DNA from: Patescibacteria group bacterium
Lineage (GTDB): Bacteria > Patescibacteriota > Patescibacteriia > 2-12-FULL-57-11
Direction of reading: 5' to 3'
DNA: 64,000 bases
Assembly (NCBI GenBank): GCA_004297205.1
Contig: SCUL01000002.1
Span: forward strand, 381,418-445,417
Part shown: positions 19,108 to 30,201 of the stretch, piece by piece
How positions within the stretch are numbered: the first letter of the stretch is position 1
How the letters are laid out: every line of letters begins with the position of its first letter
Position numbers and translations under genes: made by a program
Notes under the pieces: generated by a model
What the model was told of the DNA's origin: nothing
The model's input: only the letters and a program-made list of their open reading frames with translations
The model's database searches: none

Positions 19108-19545
19108 TTAGGCGGTAACCTTCACGGCCTTCGCGACCTTCTTCTTGGTCGCGGTCTCCGCAGCGGCGATCTTGGCGGCCTTCTTCGCCGCCTTCTTGCC
19201 CTTGGCGGCAGGCTTCTCGTCGGAGAGGATGAGCGTGATGTGGGAGGTGCGCTTGCGGATGGGCGCGGCGCGGCCCATGGCGCGGGCGCGCCAGCGGTTC
19301 AGGGTCGGTCCGCCGTCGACGGTGATCGTCTTCACGTAGAGCGTCTCGCGGGACAGCTTGAAATTGTGCTCGGCGTTGGCCGCGGCGGAACGCAGGAGCT
19401 TGATGACCGGGAGCGCCGCGGCCTTCGGGAGGAAGGTCAGCCGCGTCTCGGCCTCGATGACCGACATGCCGCGGATGACATCGATAACCAGCCGCACCTT
19501 GCGGGGCGCCATGCGCAGATAGCGGAGGGAAGCGTGAACGTCCAT
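19108..19545 (-). CDS. rplV: 50S ribosomal protein L22 with Lys/Ala-rich tail
   Basis: APRKVRLVID, SAAANAEHN, RAMGRA, KRTSHIT. Confidence 0.96.
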   Translation of the reverse strand: MDVHASLRYLRMAPRKVRLVIDVIRGMSVIEAETRLTFLPKAAALPVIKLLRSAAANAEHNFKLSRETLYVKTITVDGGPTLNRWRARAMGRAAPIRKRTSHITLILSDEKPAAKGKKAAKKAAKIAAAETATKKKVAKAVKVTA

Positions 19546-19549
19546 AGGA

Positions 19550-19888
19550 TTACTTCTTCTTGGCCTCCGCCGCCCCCGCCGCTGGCGGGGCCGGCTTGGC
19601 CGCGACCGCGGCCGCCGACTCGAGGTCCTTCTGCATCTTGCCGCCGTGGCGCACGAACTTGCGCGTCGGCGAGAATTCGCCGAGCTTGTGGCCGACCATG
19701 TTTTCGACGACGTAGACCGGGACGTGCACCTTGCCGTTGTGCACGTTGATCGTCAGGCCGACCATTTCGGCGATGATCGTCGAATCGCGCGACCACGTCT
19801 TGATGGACTTGTCGCCCGGCTTGGCCTTCTGCACTTTCATGAGCAGTTTGGGATCGATCCAAACGCCTTTCTTCAGGGAACGCGACAT
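19550..19888 (-). CDS. rpsS: 30S ribosomal protein S19
   Basis: [32 protein letters not shown]. Confidence 0.97.
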   Translation of the reverse strand: MSRSLKKGVWIDPKLLMKVQKAKPGDKSIKTWSRDSTIIAEMVGLTINVHNGKVHVPVYVVENMVGHKLGEFSPTRKFVRHGGKMQKDLESAAAVAAKPAPPAAGAAEAKKK

Positions 19889-19889
19889 A

Positions 19890-20729
19890 TTAGAGGATGC
19901 CCTTACGGCGCTTCACGATCATCTTGTTGCTCCACTTCTTGGAGCGGCGGGTCTTCACGCCGAGCGCATGCTTGCCCCACTTCGTCTTGGCATACTTCAT
20001 ACCGATGGGGTGCTTGCCTTCGCCGCCGCCGTGCGGGTGATCGACCGGGTTCATGACTTTGCCGCGCACCGTCGGGCGGATGCCGCGGTGGCGCATGCGG
20101 CCGGCTTTGCCGAGGCGCACCAGGCGGTGGTCCGGGTTGCCCACGGAACCAATCGTCGCCATGCAACCCTTCGGCAGCCGGCGCACTTCGCCGGACGGGA
20201 GCTTCACCTGGGCATGGTCGCCTTCGACGGCCATGAGCTGGGCGCCCAAACCGGCGCCGCGCACCATGCGGCCGCCCTGGCCGGGCAGCAATTCGACGTC
20301 GTGGATGGTCATGCCGACCGGAATTTCGGAGAGCGGCATGCGGTTGCCCGGCGTCACCTCGACGCGGTGCAACGAAGAAACGACGGTCTGACCGACGGCG
20401 ATGCCGTTCGGCGCAACCATGTACCGGCGCACGCCGTCGCGGTAGACCAGAAGGGCGATACGGGCGCCGCGGGCCGGGTCATGCTCGATGGCCTCGACCT
20501 TCGCGGGCACGTCGTACTTCTCGCGCTTGTTGTCGACATCGCGAAGATACCGGCGCGCGCCGCCGCCGCGGTGGCGGACGGTGATCTTGCCCTGGTTGTT
20601 GCGGCCGCCGCTCCGCTTCTTCATCGTGATGAGCGACTTTTCCGGTTCGAACTTAGTCAGGTCCGCGTACGCGTCCACCGACGCAAGGCGCCGTGCCGGA
20701 GTCGTAGGTTTGAAAGATTTGATCGGCAT
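19890..20729 (-). CDS. rplB: 50S ribosomal protein L2
   Basis: [30 protein letters not shown]. Confidence 0.97.
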   Translation of the reverse strand: MPIKSFKPTTPARRLASVDAYADLTKFEPEKSLITMKKRSGGRNNQGKITVRHRGGGARRYLRDVDNKREKYDVPAKVEAIEHDPARGARIALLVYRDGVRRYMVAPNGIAVGQTVVSSLHRVEVTPGNRMPLSEIPVGMTIHDVELLPGQGGRMVRGAGLGAQLMAVEGDHAQVKLPSGEVRRLPKGCMATIGSVGNPDHRLVRLGKAGRMRHRGIRPTVRGKVMNPVDHPHGGGEGKHPIGMKYAKTKWGKHALGVKTRRSKKWSNKMIVKRRKGIL

Positions 20730-20735
20730 ACGGGT

Positions 20736-21164
20736 TTACACGCCTTCGTAGATGGAGAGCGCGGCGCCCGGCGCGAGCGTCACCACGGCTTTCTTCCAGT
20801 CCTTCTGCACGCCGCTGGTCTGGCCGAAACGCACGTGCTTGCCTTTGACGCGCAGCATGTTCACGCGGATCGGACGCACGCCGTAGAGCTTGTTCACGGC
20901 GTCGCGGACCTGGAGCTTGGTGGCTTTGAGCGGCACGACGAACACGTACTGGCGCTGCCCGGACATGCGGGCGGCCTTTTCCGTGACGTGCGGGTGGCGC
21001 AGCACCGACGTGGCAATGCCGGTGTCCCGGTCGCCCGCGGGCGCAGCAACCCCGGCCCCGCTCAGCGGGGCCTTCGAAGCGGCCTTCTTGGCCGGGGCCT
21101 TTTTGGCGCCCGCGCCGGTCGGCGGCTTCCTCCCGAACTTGAATTTGTCCAAAAACGCAGCCAT
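20736..21164 (-). CDS. rplW: 50S ribosomal protein L23 with N-terminal extension
   Basis: PHVTEKA, YVFVV, WKKAVVTL. Confidence 0.93.
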   Translation of the reverse strand: MAAFLDKFKFGRKPPTGAGAKKAPAKKAASKAPLSGAGVAAPAGDRDTGIATSVLRHPHVTEKAARMSGQRQYVFVVPLKATKLQVRDAVNKLYGVRPIRVNMLRVKGKHVRFGQTSGVQKDWKKAVVTLAPGAALSIYEGV

Positions 21165-21173
21165 AGCCGTCGG

Positions 21174-21800
21174 TTAACCGAACATCTCTTCCATCTTCTT
21201 CGTGCCCGCCGCCGTGGTCAGCACCGTGTCGTGGCCGAGCAGCACCGTGATGTTCAGGCTGCCGACGTTGACCGAGGTCACCTGCGGAAGGTTGGCGAGC
21301 GATTTGACGACCTTCTGGTCGCGCGCCGGAAGCGCCACCAGGACCTTGCGGCCCACCGGAAGCGCCTTGAGCATCTTCACCATGGTCTTGGTCTTGTACT
21401 CGGCCGCGGTGAGCGTCTCAAGCACGAGCAAACGGTCATGGGCGACCTTGTCGGTCAGCGCCATGCGCAGCGCCTGCTGTTTCACCTTGCGGTTGATCTT
21501 CTTTTCGTAGTTGCGCGTGTTGCGCGGACCGAACACCACGCCGCCGCCCTTCCAGATCGGGGAACGGATGGAACCGTGGCGGGCGCGGCCGGTGCCCTTT
21601 TGCTTCCAGGGTTTCTTGCCGCCGCCGCGCACTTCGCCGCGGGTCTTGGTATGAGCAATGACCTTGCGGGAGGCGGACAGCTGCGCGACCGCAGCCTCAT
21701 GGAGAACGGTCGGCTTCACGTCGACGCCGAAGACGGCGGCCGAGAGCTCCTGCTCGCCGACCTTCTTACCGTCCATGTTGTACAGGGGGACTTTCAACAT
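21174..21800 (-). CDS. rplD: 50S ribosomal protein L4
   Basis: [31 protein letters not shown]. Confidence 0.97.
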   Translation of the reverse strand: MLKVPLYNMDGKKVGEQELSAAVFGVDVKPTVLHEAAVAQLSASRKVIAHTKTRGEVRGGGKKPWKQKGTGRARHGSIRSPIWKGGGVVFGPRNTRNYEKKINRKVKQQALRMALTDKVAHDRLLVLETLTAAEYKTKTMVKMLKALPVGRKVLVALPARDQKVVKSLANLPQVTSVNVGSLNITVLLGHDTVLTTAAGTKKMEEMFG

Positions 21801-21806
21801 ATGCGT

Positions 21807-22508
21807 TTAGGCCTGTTCGGCGGCCGGTGCGGCCGGCGCTTCCACCGGAGCGGACACGGGTTCCGCGGCCGGCGCCTGGCTGGCGCGGTAGGTCTGCGTG
21901 CCTTCGCCCGAGAGCAACAGCATGGAGTTCCGCGCGCCCGGCACCGCGCCTTTCAGCGCGACGATACCGGCGGCAGCGTCTACGGAGACGACTTCGAGAC
22001 CGCGCACCGTGACGCGGTCGCCGCCCATGCGGCCGGCCATGCGCTTGCCCGGGGCCACCGGACCCTGGCGCTTCGAGCCGATCGAACCCGGCATGCGCAA
22101 CTGGTCCTTATGGCCGTGGGTCGCGGGGTGCCCGCGGAAGCCGTGACGCTTGACGACGCCCTGGAAACCCTTGCCCTTCGAGGTGCCGACGACGTGCACG
22201 ACGTCGCCCGGCGCCAACGTGGAAACGTCCGCAACCTGGCCCGGCGCAATGCCGGAAACGTCGTCAACCCGGAACTCGCGGAACTCCGCGAAGCTGCGGC
22301 CGAGGGCCTTGGTGTGGCCGACCTGCGGCTTCTTCACGTTGCGCGAAGTTCCCACGCCCACCTGGATGGCGGCGTAGCCGTCTTTCTCCTGCGTGCGGAT
22401 GGCCGTCACCGTATTCGGTTCGACCATGACCAAGGTGACCGGGACGACGGTGCCGTCCGGCCGGAACTCCTGGCGCATCTCGATTTTACGACCGACGATG
22501 AATTTCAT
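21807..22508 (-). CDS. rplC: 50S ribosomal protein L3
   Basis: DGYAAIQVG, GTSKGKGFQGVVKRH, RMPGSIG, GKRMAGRMG. Confidence 0.96.
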   Translation of the reverse strand: MKFIVGRKIEMRQEFRPDGTVVPVTLVMVEPNTVTAIRTQEKDGYAAIQVGVGTSRNVKKPQVGHTKALGRSFAEFREFRVDDVSGIAPGQVADVSTLAPGDVVHVVGTSKGKGFQGVVKRHGFRGHPATHGHKDQLRMPGSIGSKRQGPVAPGKRMAGRMGGDRVTVRGLEVVSVDAAAGIVALKGAVPGARNSMLLLSGEGTQTYRASQAPAAEPVSAPVEAPAAPAAEQA

Positions 22509-22803
22509 AATTCCGTGATTCTGGCGAAACAAAAACCAGAAGCCTTCGCACCACCCCGCCGACCAACCCATTCCATTATGGGTGGCGGGGTCATGCGAAC
22601 ACTTCTAGCACGCACTGCCGTCTTCAACGGGTGGCGTGGGGAGAGCTGTCAATGACGGTACCTCGCTGTTCTCGGCCGCCGATCGGCGTCGGGTCTGCTC
22701 CGGAGAGCACCAGCGCGACGCGGTGGGAAGCCGAGGTTGGAGCCGCTCCGGCTCCCCTGCGCGTCCCACTCTGGGGCGCACGGGGCAGCCGGAGGGCTGC
22801 TGC

Positions 22804-23154
22804 TTACATCTTGATTTCGACGTCGACGCCGGCCGGCAGGTTCAGGTTCATCAGGGCGTCGATGGTGCGGGGCGTGGGATCGATGATGTCGACGAGCCGC
22901 TTCGAGGTGCGGACCTCGTACTGCTCGCGGGCGTCCTTGTGGACGAACGTCGAGCGGTTGACCGTGAACTTCTTCTTCTCGGTCGGCAGCGGGATCGGGC
23001 CGATCACGGACGCGCCGGAGCGCGTGGCCGTGTCGATGATGGTGCGGGCGGACTGGTCGATGATCTTGTGATCATAGGCGCGGATCTTGATACGGATCCG
23101 CTGCTTCTCGTCCTCCTTGCCCTTCACCGCAGGTTTTTTGACGACAGTGCTCAT
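22804..23154 (-). CDS. rpsJ: 30S ribosomal protein S10
   Basis: [36 protein letters not shown]. Confidence 0.97.
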   Translation of the reverse strand: MSTVVKKPAVKGKEDEKQRIRIKIRAYDHKIIDQSARTIIDTATRSGASVIGPIPLPTEKKKFTVNRSTFVHKDAREQYEVRTSKRLVDIIDPTPRTIDALMNLNLPAGVDVEIKM

Positions 23155-23193
23155 GCGATCCACGAATGCCCCCGCCGAGGCGGGGGCAGGGAG

Positions 23194-24384
<1,191 letters not shown>

Positions 24385-24458
24385 AGGTTTCCGTGAGAGA
24401 CGCCAGCCCGGTGGCGGGCGGCTGATTACGGATGGTTTAAGCCAAAAATGCGTTGGTG

Positions 24459-24487
24459 AATATAGCACGGCACCCGGAGGGATGCAA
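24459..24487 (-). promoter_or_regulatory. internal promoter for tuf
   Basis: TTGCAT-N17-TATATT with extended TG. Confidence 0.65.
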
Positions 24488-24505
24488 GAGTCCCTGTCAA
24501 GGGGC

Positions 24506-24802
24506 TCACTCGATCGGTTCTAAGTAGAACTTTTCCTCTTCGTTGAGCGGTTCTTGAGCCTCCGGAGCGGCCTCCGGGGCGGTCGGGACGACCGGCTCCG
24601 GTTGCCACGTTTCCAGGGATTCCTCGCGCGTCGCTGGGAAAGCGGCCGGGGCAGGAGCCGCCGGTGTCCCCGCCACCAGACCTTCGTAGGCCGCCAGCGG
24701 CATCACGACGACGGGCTCGGGGAGGCTGGCATCGACCAGCACGTGGCGCTCCCCCGTCCGTGCCGCGATCTTCATCAACCGTTCAAGGAGGTCGCTGCGC
24801 AT
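24506..24802 (-). CDS. hypothetical protein between fusA and tuf
   Basis: 98 aa; N-terminal segment resembling Phd/YefM DNA-binding region ([12 protein letters not shown]), acidic tail [10 protein letters not shown]. Confidence 0.6.
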   Translation of the reverse strand: MRSDLLERLMKIAARTGERHVLVDASLPEPVVVMPLAAYEGLVAGTPAAPAPAAFPATREESLETWQPEPVVPTAPEAAPEAQEPLNEEEKFYLEPIE

Positions 24803-24809
24803 ACCAGGC

Positions 24810-26909
24810 TTAGCGGCGCGCGCTGGCCGTGGCCGCGCGGCCCTCGATGATGCCGGCAGCGACGTTCGGCGGGATCGGCTCGTAGCTCGAGAACTCCATG
24901 GAATAACTGGCGCGGCCCTGGGACATCGAGCGCAGCTGGGTGGCGTAGCCGAACAATTCGGCCAACGGAACCATGGCGCGGATGACCTTAATGCCGCCGG
25001 TGCGGTCGGTCATCTCCTGAATCTGACCGCGCTTGGAGTTGAGGTCGCCGATGACTTCGCCCATGAAGTTCTCGGGGGTGATGACTTCGACCTTGAAGAC
25101 CGGTTCGAGCAGGATCGGGCCCGCCTTTTTGACGGCTTCCTGGAAAGCGAAGCTGCCGGCCAGTTTGAAGGCCGCTTCGGACGAGTCGACGTCGTGGTAG
25201 GAACCGTCGAAGACCGCGCAGCGCACGTCGATGACCGGGTAGCCGGCCGTGACCCCGCGCAGTGACGCTTCCTTGGCGCCCTTCTCGATCGGACCGATGA
25301 ATTCCTTGGGAACGACGCCGCCCTTGGTTTCGTCCTCGAATTCCCAGCCTTCACCGCGGTTGCGCGGTTCGACGCGGACCCAGCAATGGCCGTATTGGCC
25401 GTGGCCGCCGGTCTGGCGGATGTATTTACCTTCGCCTTCGGCGGCCTTGGTGATGGCTTCCTTGTAGGAGACTTGCGGCGTGCCGACGTTGGCTTCCACC
25501 TTGAACTCACGCTTCATGCGGTCGACGATGATGTCGAGGTGCAGTTCGCCCATCCCCGCAATGATCGTCTGCAGCGTGCTTTCGTCGGTGCGCACGCGGA
25601 AGGTCGGATCTTCTTCGGCGAGTTTTTGCAGCGCGATGCCCATCTTTTCCTGGTCGGCCTTGGTCTTCGGCTCGATGGCCAGCTGGATGACCGGCTCCGG
25701 GAAGGTGATGCGCTCCAAAAGGATGGGGTGGTCTTCGGCGGACAGCGTGTGGCCGGTGAAGGTGTCCTTCAAGCCGACCGCGGCGGCGATGTCGCCGGCG
25801 TAGACCATGTCCACGTCCTCGCGGGTGTTGGCGTGGAGGCGGACGATGCGGCTGACGCGCTCGCGCTCGCCGGTCGTGGTGTTCAAGACGTAGGAGCCGG
25901 ACGCCAGCGTGCCGGAATAGACGCGGAAGAAGCAGAGTTTGCCGACGAACGGATCGGCCGCGACTTTGAACGCCAGTGCCGTGAACGGTTCCGTGTCCGA
26001 GGCGTGGCGCTCCAGGATCTTTTCATGATCGTCCGGGTCCGTGCCTTTGATCGGGGGCACATCGAGCGGGCTCGGCAGATATTCGACGATGGCGTCCAGC
26101 ATGTGCTGCACGCCCTTGTTCTTGAGCGCGCTGCCGCACAAGACCGGGACGATCTCGAAGGCGATGGTCTGGGTGCGCATCAGCTGCTTGAGCTTCTCGA
26201 GCGGGATCTCCTGGCCGGCCAGGTAGGCGGTCATGGACGCTTCGTCGCTTTCGACGAGCTTCTCAATCAGCTTGGCGCGGTATTCTTCGACCTTGTCCTT
26301 CATGTCCGCCGGCACGTCCTCGATGCGGACGTCCTGGCCCAGGTCGTCCATGAAGACATGGGCCTTGCGGGTCAGCAGGTCGACGACGCCCTTGAAGTTA
26401 TCTTCGGCGCCGATCGGCAGCTGGATCGCGTAGGCGTTCTTGGTGAGCCGGGCATGGATGCTCGCCAGGTCCGCGAAAAAGTCGGCCCCGGTGCGGTCGA
26501 GTTTGTTGATGAAGCAGAGGCGCGGCACCTTGTACTCGTCGGCGTAGCGCCAGTTGGTTTCCGACTGCGGTTCCACGCCGGCGACGCCGTCGAAAATGAC
26601 GCAGGCGCCGTCCAACACGCGCAGCGAACGCTTCACTTCGACCGTGAAGTCGATGTGGCCCGGCGTGTCGATCAGGTTCATCCGGTGGTTCTTCCAGAAG
26701 CAGGTCGTGGCCGCGGCGGTGATGGTGATGCCGCGCTCTTGCTCCTGTTCCATCCAGTCCATGGTGGCTTCGCCCTCGTGCACTTCGCCGATCTTGTGCT
26801 TCTTCCCGGTGTAAAACAGCACGCGCTCGGAGACGGTGGTCTTGCCGGCGTCGATGTGGGCGATGATGCCGAAGTTACGTGTCCTCTCCAACGGATAGTC
26901 GCGCGGCAT
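24810..26909 (-). CDS. fusA: elongation factor G
   Basis: [41 protein letters not shown]. Confidence 0.98.
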   Translation of the reverse strand: MPRDYPLERTRNFGIIAHIDAGKTTVSERVLFYTGKKHKIGEVHEGEATMDWMEQEQERGITITAAATTCFWKNHRMNLIDTPGHIDFTVEVKRSLRVLDGACVIFDGVAGVEPQSETNWRYADEYKVPRLCFINKLDRTGADFFADLASIHARLTKNAYAIQLPIGAEDNFKGVVDLLTRKAHVFMDDLGQDVRIEDVPADMKDKVEEYRAKLIEKLVESDEASMTAYLAGQEIPLEKLKQLMRTQTIAFEIVPVLCGSALKNKGVQHMLDAIVEYLPSPLDVPPIKGTDPDDHEKILERHASDTEPFTALAFKVAADPFVGKLCFFRVYSGTLASGSYVLNTTTGERERVSRIVRLHANTREDVDMVYAGDIAAAVGLKDTFTGHTLSAEDHPILLERITFPEPVIQLAIEPKTKADQEKMGIALQKLAEEDPTFRVRTDESTLQTIIAGMGELHLDIIVDRMKREFKVEANVGTPQVSYKEAITKAAEGEGKYIRQTGGHGQYGHCWVRVEPRNRGEGWEFEDETKGGVVPKEFIGPIEKGAKEASLRGVTAGYPVIDVRCAVFDGSYHDVDSSEAAFKLAGSFAFQEAVKKAGPILLEPVFKVEVITPENFMGEVIGDLNSKRGQIQEMTDRTGGIKVIRAMVPLAELFGYATQLRSMSQGRASYSMEFSSYEPIPPNVAAGIIEGRAATASARR

Positions 26910-26912
26910 ACG

Positions 26913-27380
26913 TTAGCGCGCAAAGTGGGCGAAGGCGCGGTTGGCCTCGGCCATGCGCTGCACGTCCATGCGCTTTTTGACGGCGCTCCCCTCGCCCTTG
27001 GCGGCTTCGAGGATTTCGGACGCGAGCTTCTCGGACATCGGTTTGCCCTTGCGGGAGTTGGCGGCGGCGATCAGCCAGCGGAAGGCCAGCGCGGTGCGGC
27101 GCTCGCCGCGGACCGGGATCGGAATCTGGTAGTTGGCCCCGCCGACGCGCCGGCTGACCACTTCGATCTGCGGGGTGACGTTGCGCATGGCGGCGTCAAA
27201 AACGTGCGCCGGATCGTCCTTGCTCTGTTCGGCGACGATGTCGAGCGCGGCGTAGACGACCTTCTGTGCGGTCGTCTTTTTGCCGGCCTTCATGATGCTG
27301 TTGACCAGTTTGGCGATGACCACCGAACCGTACTTGCTATCCGGGGCGATCACGCGCTTGGGTGCCTGTTTGCCGCGCAT
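26913..27380 (-). CDS. rpsG: 30S ribosomal protein S7
   Basis: GKKTTA, SRRVGGANYQIP, MAEANRAFAHF. Confidence 0.97.
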   Translation of the reverse strand: MRGKQAPKRVIAPDSKYGSVVIAKLVNSIMKAGKKTTAQKVVYAALDIVAEQSKDDPAHVFDAAMRNVTPQIEVVSRRVGGANYQIPIPVRGERRTALAFRWLIAAANSRKGKPMSEKLASEILEAAKGEGSAVKKRMDVQRMAEANRAFAHFAR

Positions 27381-27383
27381 AGG

Positions 27384-27812
27384 TTAGGAAGACTTGGCTT
27401 TCGGCTTCTTGGTGCCGTAAATCGAGCGGCCGCGGCGGCGCGATTCCACGCCCTGCGTGTCGTAGACGCCGCGGACGATGTGGTAGCGCACGCCCGGAAG
27501 GTCCTTCACGCGACCGCCGCGGATCATGACGATGGAGTGTTCCTGGAGGTTGTGGCCCTCGCCCGGAATGTAGGCGGTGACTTCCATGCCGTTCGACAAG
27601 CGGACGCGGGCGATCTTGCGGAGCGCCGAGTTCGGCTTCTTCGGGGTCATGGTGGTGACCTTCACGCAGACGCCGCGCTTGAACGGCGAACCCATCGGCA
27701 AGTCGGTGCGCTTGCGATGGATGGTGTCGAGAACGCTCTGGAGCGCCGGCGACTTGGTCTTGCGGCTGTTGGGTCGGCGGCCGCGGCGGATGAGTTGGTT
27801 GATGGTCGGCAT
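27384..27812 (-). CDS. rpsL: 30S ribosomal protein S12
   Basis: [31 protein letters not shown]. Confidence 0.97.
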   Translation of the reverse strand: MPTINQLIRRGRRPNSRKTKSPALQSVLDTIHRKRTDLPMGSPFKRGVCVKVTTMTPKKPNSALRKIARVRLSNGMEVTAYIPGEGHNLQEHSIVMIRGGRVKDLPGVRYHIVRGVYDTQGVESRRRGRSIYGTKKPKAKSS

Positions 27813-27933
27813 CGCGGGTAATAAAAAAGACTGATCGAAACGTGGATTTTCCCCCGAAGGCCGCCTTCGCCCCAGAGAGTCATCCGAATGCCGGCCTAAC
27901 GTATCATGGGCCGAAAATGCGGTCAACAGGCCC

Positions 27934-28614
27934 CTACAGGACCTGCACGACCACCCCGAAGAGCGGGAAAAAGACGTACCGGTAGACCAGGGAAAAGAGA
28001 ATCCCAAAGACCGAAATCCCAATCAAATATTGGAGGGAAAGCACCAAGAGCAGGAGGAACGGACCGCGCGTTTCCAGGAAAAAGCGGGTCCGGGCGTGCT
28101 GGGGACCGGAGAGCAGGTCGAGCAGGAACTTGGAGCCGTCGAGCGGCGGGATGGGGATGAGGTTGAAGAAAAACAGCCCGACGTTGATCAGGAAGTAGTA
28201 GCCGAGGAAGATCATCAGCAGATTCGACTCCGGCACCCCGGCACCCCAGGCCAGCCGGATGGCGATGCCGGCCACGGCGGCCTGCAGGAAGTTGGAGATC
28301 GGGCCGGCGAAGGCCACGAGGGTCGGTCCCCACTGCTGGACGCGGAGATTGTAGGGATTGAACGGGACGGGCTTGGCCCAGCCGAAACCGGCCACGACCG
28401 CCATGACCATGCCGAGCGGGTCGACGTGGACGAGCGGGTTCAACGACAAGCGCCCGGCGAGGCGCGCCGTCTGGTCGCCGAGCGACGTCGCGGCCAGGGC
28501 GTGGCAGAACTCATGGAGCGACAAGGCCAGCACGATCGCCGCCAGCCACAGCAGAACGACGAGCGGCGCGGAGAAATCCAGGAAATAGGGGACGCGCAGG
28601 ATGATGGTCTCCAT
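27934..28614 (-). CDS. site-2 protease (M50) membrane metalloprotease
   Basis: [33 protein letters not shown]. Confidence 0.9.
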   Translation of the reverse strand: METIILRVPYFLDFSAPLVVLLWLAAIVLALSLHEFCHALAATSLGDQTARLAGRLSLNPLVHVDPLGMVMAVVAGFGWAKPVPFNPYNLRVQQWGPTLVAFAGPISNFLQAAVAGIAIRLAWGAGVPESNLLMIFLGYYFLINVGLFFFNLIPIPPLDGSKFLLDLLSGPQHARTRFFLETRGPFLLLLVLSLQYLIGISVFGILFSLVYRYVFFPLFGVVVQVL

Positions 28615-28673
28615 GGGGGCTTGCCAAAGTGTCCCCGGCATGATAGCATATGGCGGCATTGAATCATCTTCGT

Positions 28674-28856
28674 ATGGCACGCATTTGCGACACCTGCGGC
28701 CGCGGTCCGATCATGAGCGCGACCCGCAGCCACTCCAACATCAAGACCAAGCACCGCCGGTACGTGAACCTGCAGGTGAAGCGTTTTGCCGGCCGGACCC
28801 TCAAGGTCTGCACCCGCTGCCTGAAGACCCAGGCCAAGGCGATGAAGACGGCCTAA
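28674..28856 (+). CDS. rpmB: 50S ribosomal protein L28
   Basis: MARICDTCG, RSHSNIKTK, NLQ, VCTRCLK. Confidence 0.93.
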   Translation: MARICDTCGRGPIMSATRSHSNIKTKHRRYVNLQVKRFAGRTLKVCTRCLKTQAKAMKTA

Positions 28857-28866
28857 GGCCGCACGC

Positions 28867-28896
28867 AAAAACCCTCCGCATGTGCGGAGGGTTTTT
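28867..28896. terminator. bidirectional intrinsic terminator
   Basis: AAAAACCCTCCGCA-TG-TGCGGAGGGTTTTT. Confidence 0.85.
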
Positions 28897-28905
28897 CGTT
28901 TGCGC

Positions 28906-29355
28906 TCAGGGAGCGGCCGGGACGATCGTGAACCAACCCAGCGGCATGCGCCACGGACCGACGCGCAGCGTGATGCGTCCAAGCAGGGAGCCGTCCTCCT
29001 GCGCCACGATCTGATCTTCGATCTGCTTCAGCCACCACGGATTGGCGTCTTGCGCGTAGTCGAGCACCAGACGGTCGTCGCGGATCGCGTGGCGGAATGG
29101 GTAGCTCTCCGCATCCCCCACCCGGTTTGCACCGGTGCCGTCGGGACGGAAAACTTTCCCTTTCCAGCTCGTCGGCAACGGCGGTGCCAGGAGCGTGCCG
29201 TCGTAGACGCCGAGGAGCGGCTCCGGCGCGCGACCGGCGGAAAACTGGCGAGCGTACTCCCAAGCGGCCGGATGCACGTTCAAAAAGACGTAGAGCAGGA
29301 TCGCCAGAAGAGCGATGCTGGCCAGGAGGGAGCCGAGAATGCGGAGGACGAGCAT
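28906..29355 (-). CDS. membrane-anchored hypothetical protein
   Basis: N-terminal TM helix; WKGKVF, LVLDY, NPWWL, LLGRI beta-rich domain. Confidence 0.65.
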   Translation of the reverse strand: MLVLRILGSLLASIALLAILLYVFLNVHPAAWEYARQFSAGRAPEPLLGVYDGTLLAPPLPTSWKGKVFRPDGTGANRVGDAESYPFRHAIRDDRLVLDYAQDANPWWLKQIEDQIVAQEDGSLLGRITLRVGPWRMPLGWFTIVPAAP

Positions 29356-29380
29356 AGAACGAAAACGGTCAGCGTTCCTG

Positions 29381-29453
29381 TCGGGCTAGCGGGACTCGAA
29401 CCCGCGGCCTCTTGCACCCCATGCAAGCGCGCTACCAACTGCGCTATAGCCCG
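29381..29453 (-). tRNA. tRNA-Pro(GGG)
   Basis: CGGGCTATAGCGCAGTTGGTAGCGCGCTTGCATGGGGTGCAAGAGGCCGCGGGTTCGAGTCCCGCTAGCCCGA; CCA not encoded. Confidence 0.92.
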
Positions 29454-29517
29454 ACGCGAAAGCCGACCGCTTTGTACGCCGGGATTCTGCAGGAGGCGGA
29501 AGGTGCTGTCAACGCGG

Positions 29518-30192
29518 TCAGGCCTTCTTCTCCGCGAGCTGCCGGTAGACGTCGGCCATGGCCAGCCAGGTCAACGGCACGGTCACGAGCAGCCCGACAC
29601 CCAGCGCAAGAACGCCGAGCAGGTTGATGCCGAACGCTGCAAGGCCGAACAGGAAGATCCGACCGCGGTTGCCTTTGGTCAGGTTCCAGCAGCGCTGCAC
29701 GGCCTCGACCGCCCCCACCTTTTGGTCGAGAACGACGTAGATGATCGGCGTGAAGGCCAAACTGACGTAGATGCCGGGAATGATGAAGAGAAGCAGGCCG
29801 ATCAGCACGAGGAAACCGACGATGATCGATGCCAGAAGCGCGTTCAAAAAGACGATGGGTTCCACGAGCAGCGACTTCAGCGTGTACGGTCGCCCGAGGA
29901 CGGCGTCGAGGGTCAGTCGCATCACGCCGGTGGAAAGATACTGCTGCACGGCCCAACCCGCGAAGGCGAACAGGATGCTCACCCACGCACCGACCAGCAC
30001 GAACGGCAGCACGGCCGCATCGATCTTCCCGACGTTCTCCGGGGTGAGCGCGTTGATGATCACCGACGGAATCTGCATGGCCGCTGCGACCACGAAGATC
30101 AGGAACAGCACGCCGATGAAGAAGAGCGGTCGTTTGGCGAAGGCCTCCCAGCCGCGGGAGAACGCCGTACCGATCGAAAAGCGAGGAGTCAT
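29518..30192 (-). CDS. integral membrane protein (DUF975-like)
   Basis: Multiple TM helices; GLLLFIIPGIY, WNLTKGN, LGVGLLVTVP. Confidence 0.7.
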   Translation of the reverse strand: MTPRFSIGTAFSRGWEAFAKRPLFFIGVLFLIFVVAAAMQIPSVIINALTPENVGKIDAAVLPFVLVGAWVSILFAFAGWAVQQYLSTGVMRLTLDAVLGRPYTLKSLLVEPIVFLNALLASIIVGFLVLIGLLLFIIPGIYVSLAFTPIIYVVLDQKVGAVEAVQRCWNLTKGNRGRIFLFGLAAFGINLLGVLALGVGLLVTVPLTWLAMADVYRQLAEKKA

Positions 30193-30201
30193 AGGCGTGT
30201 G

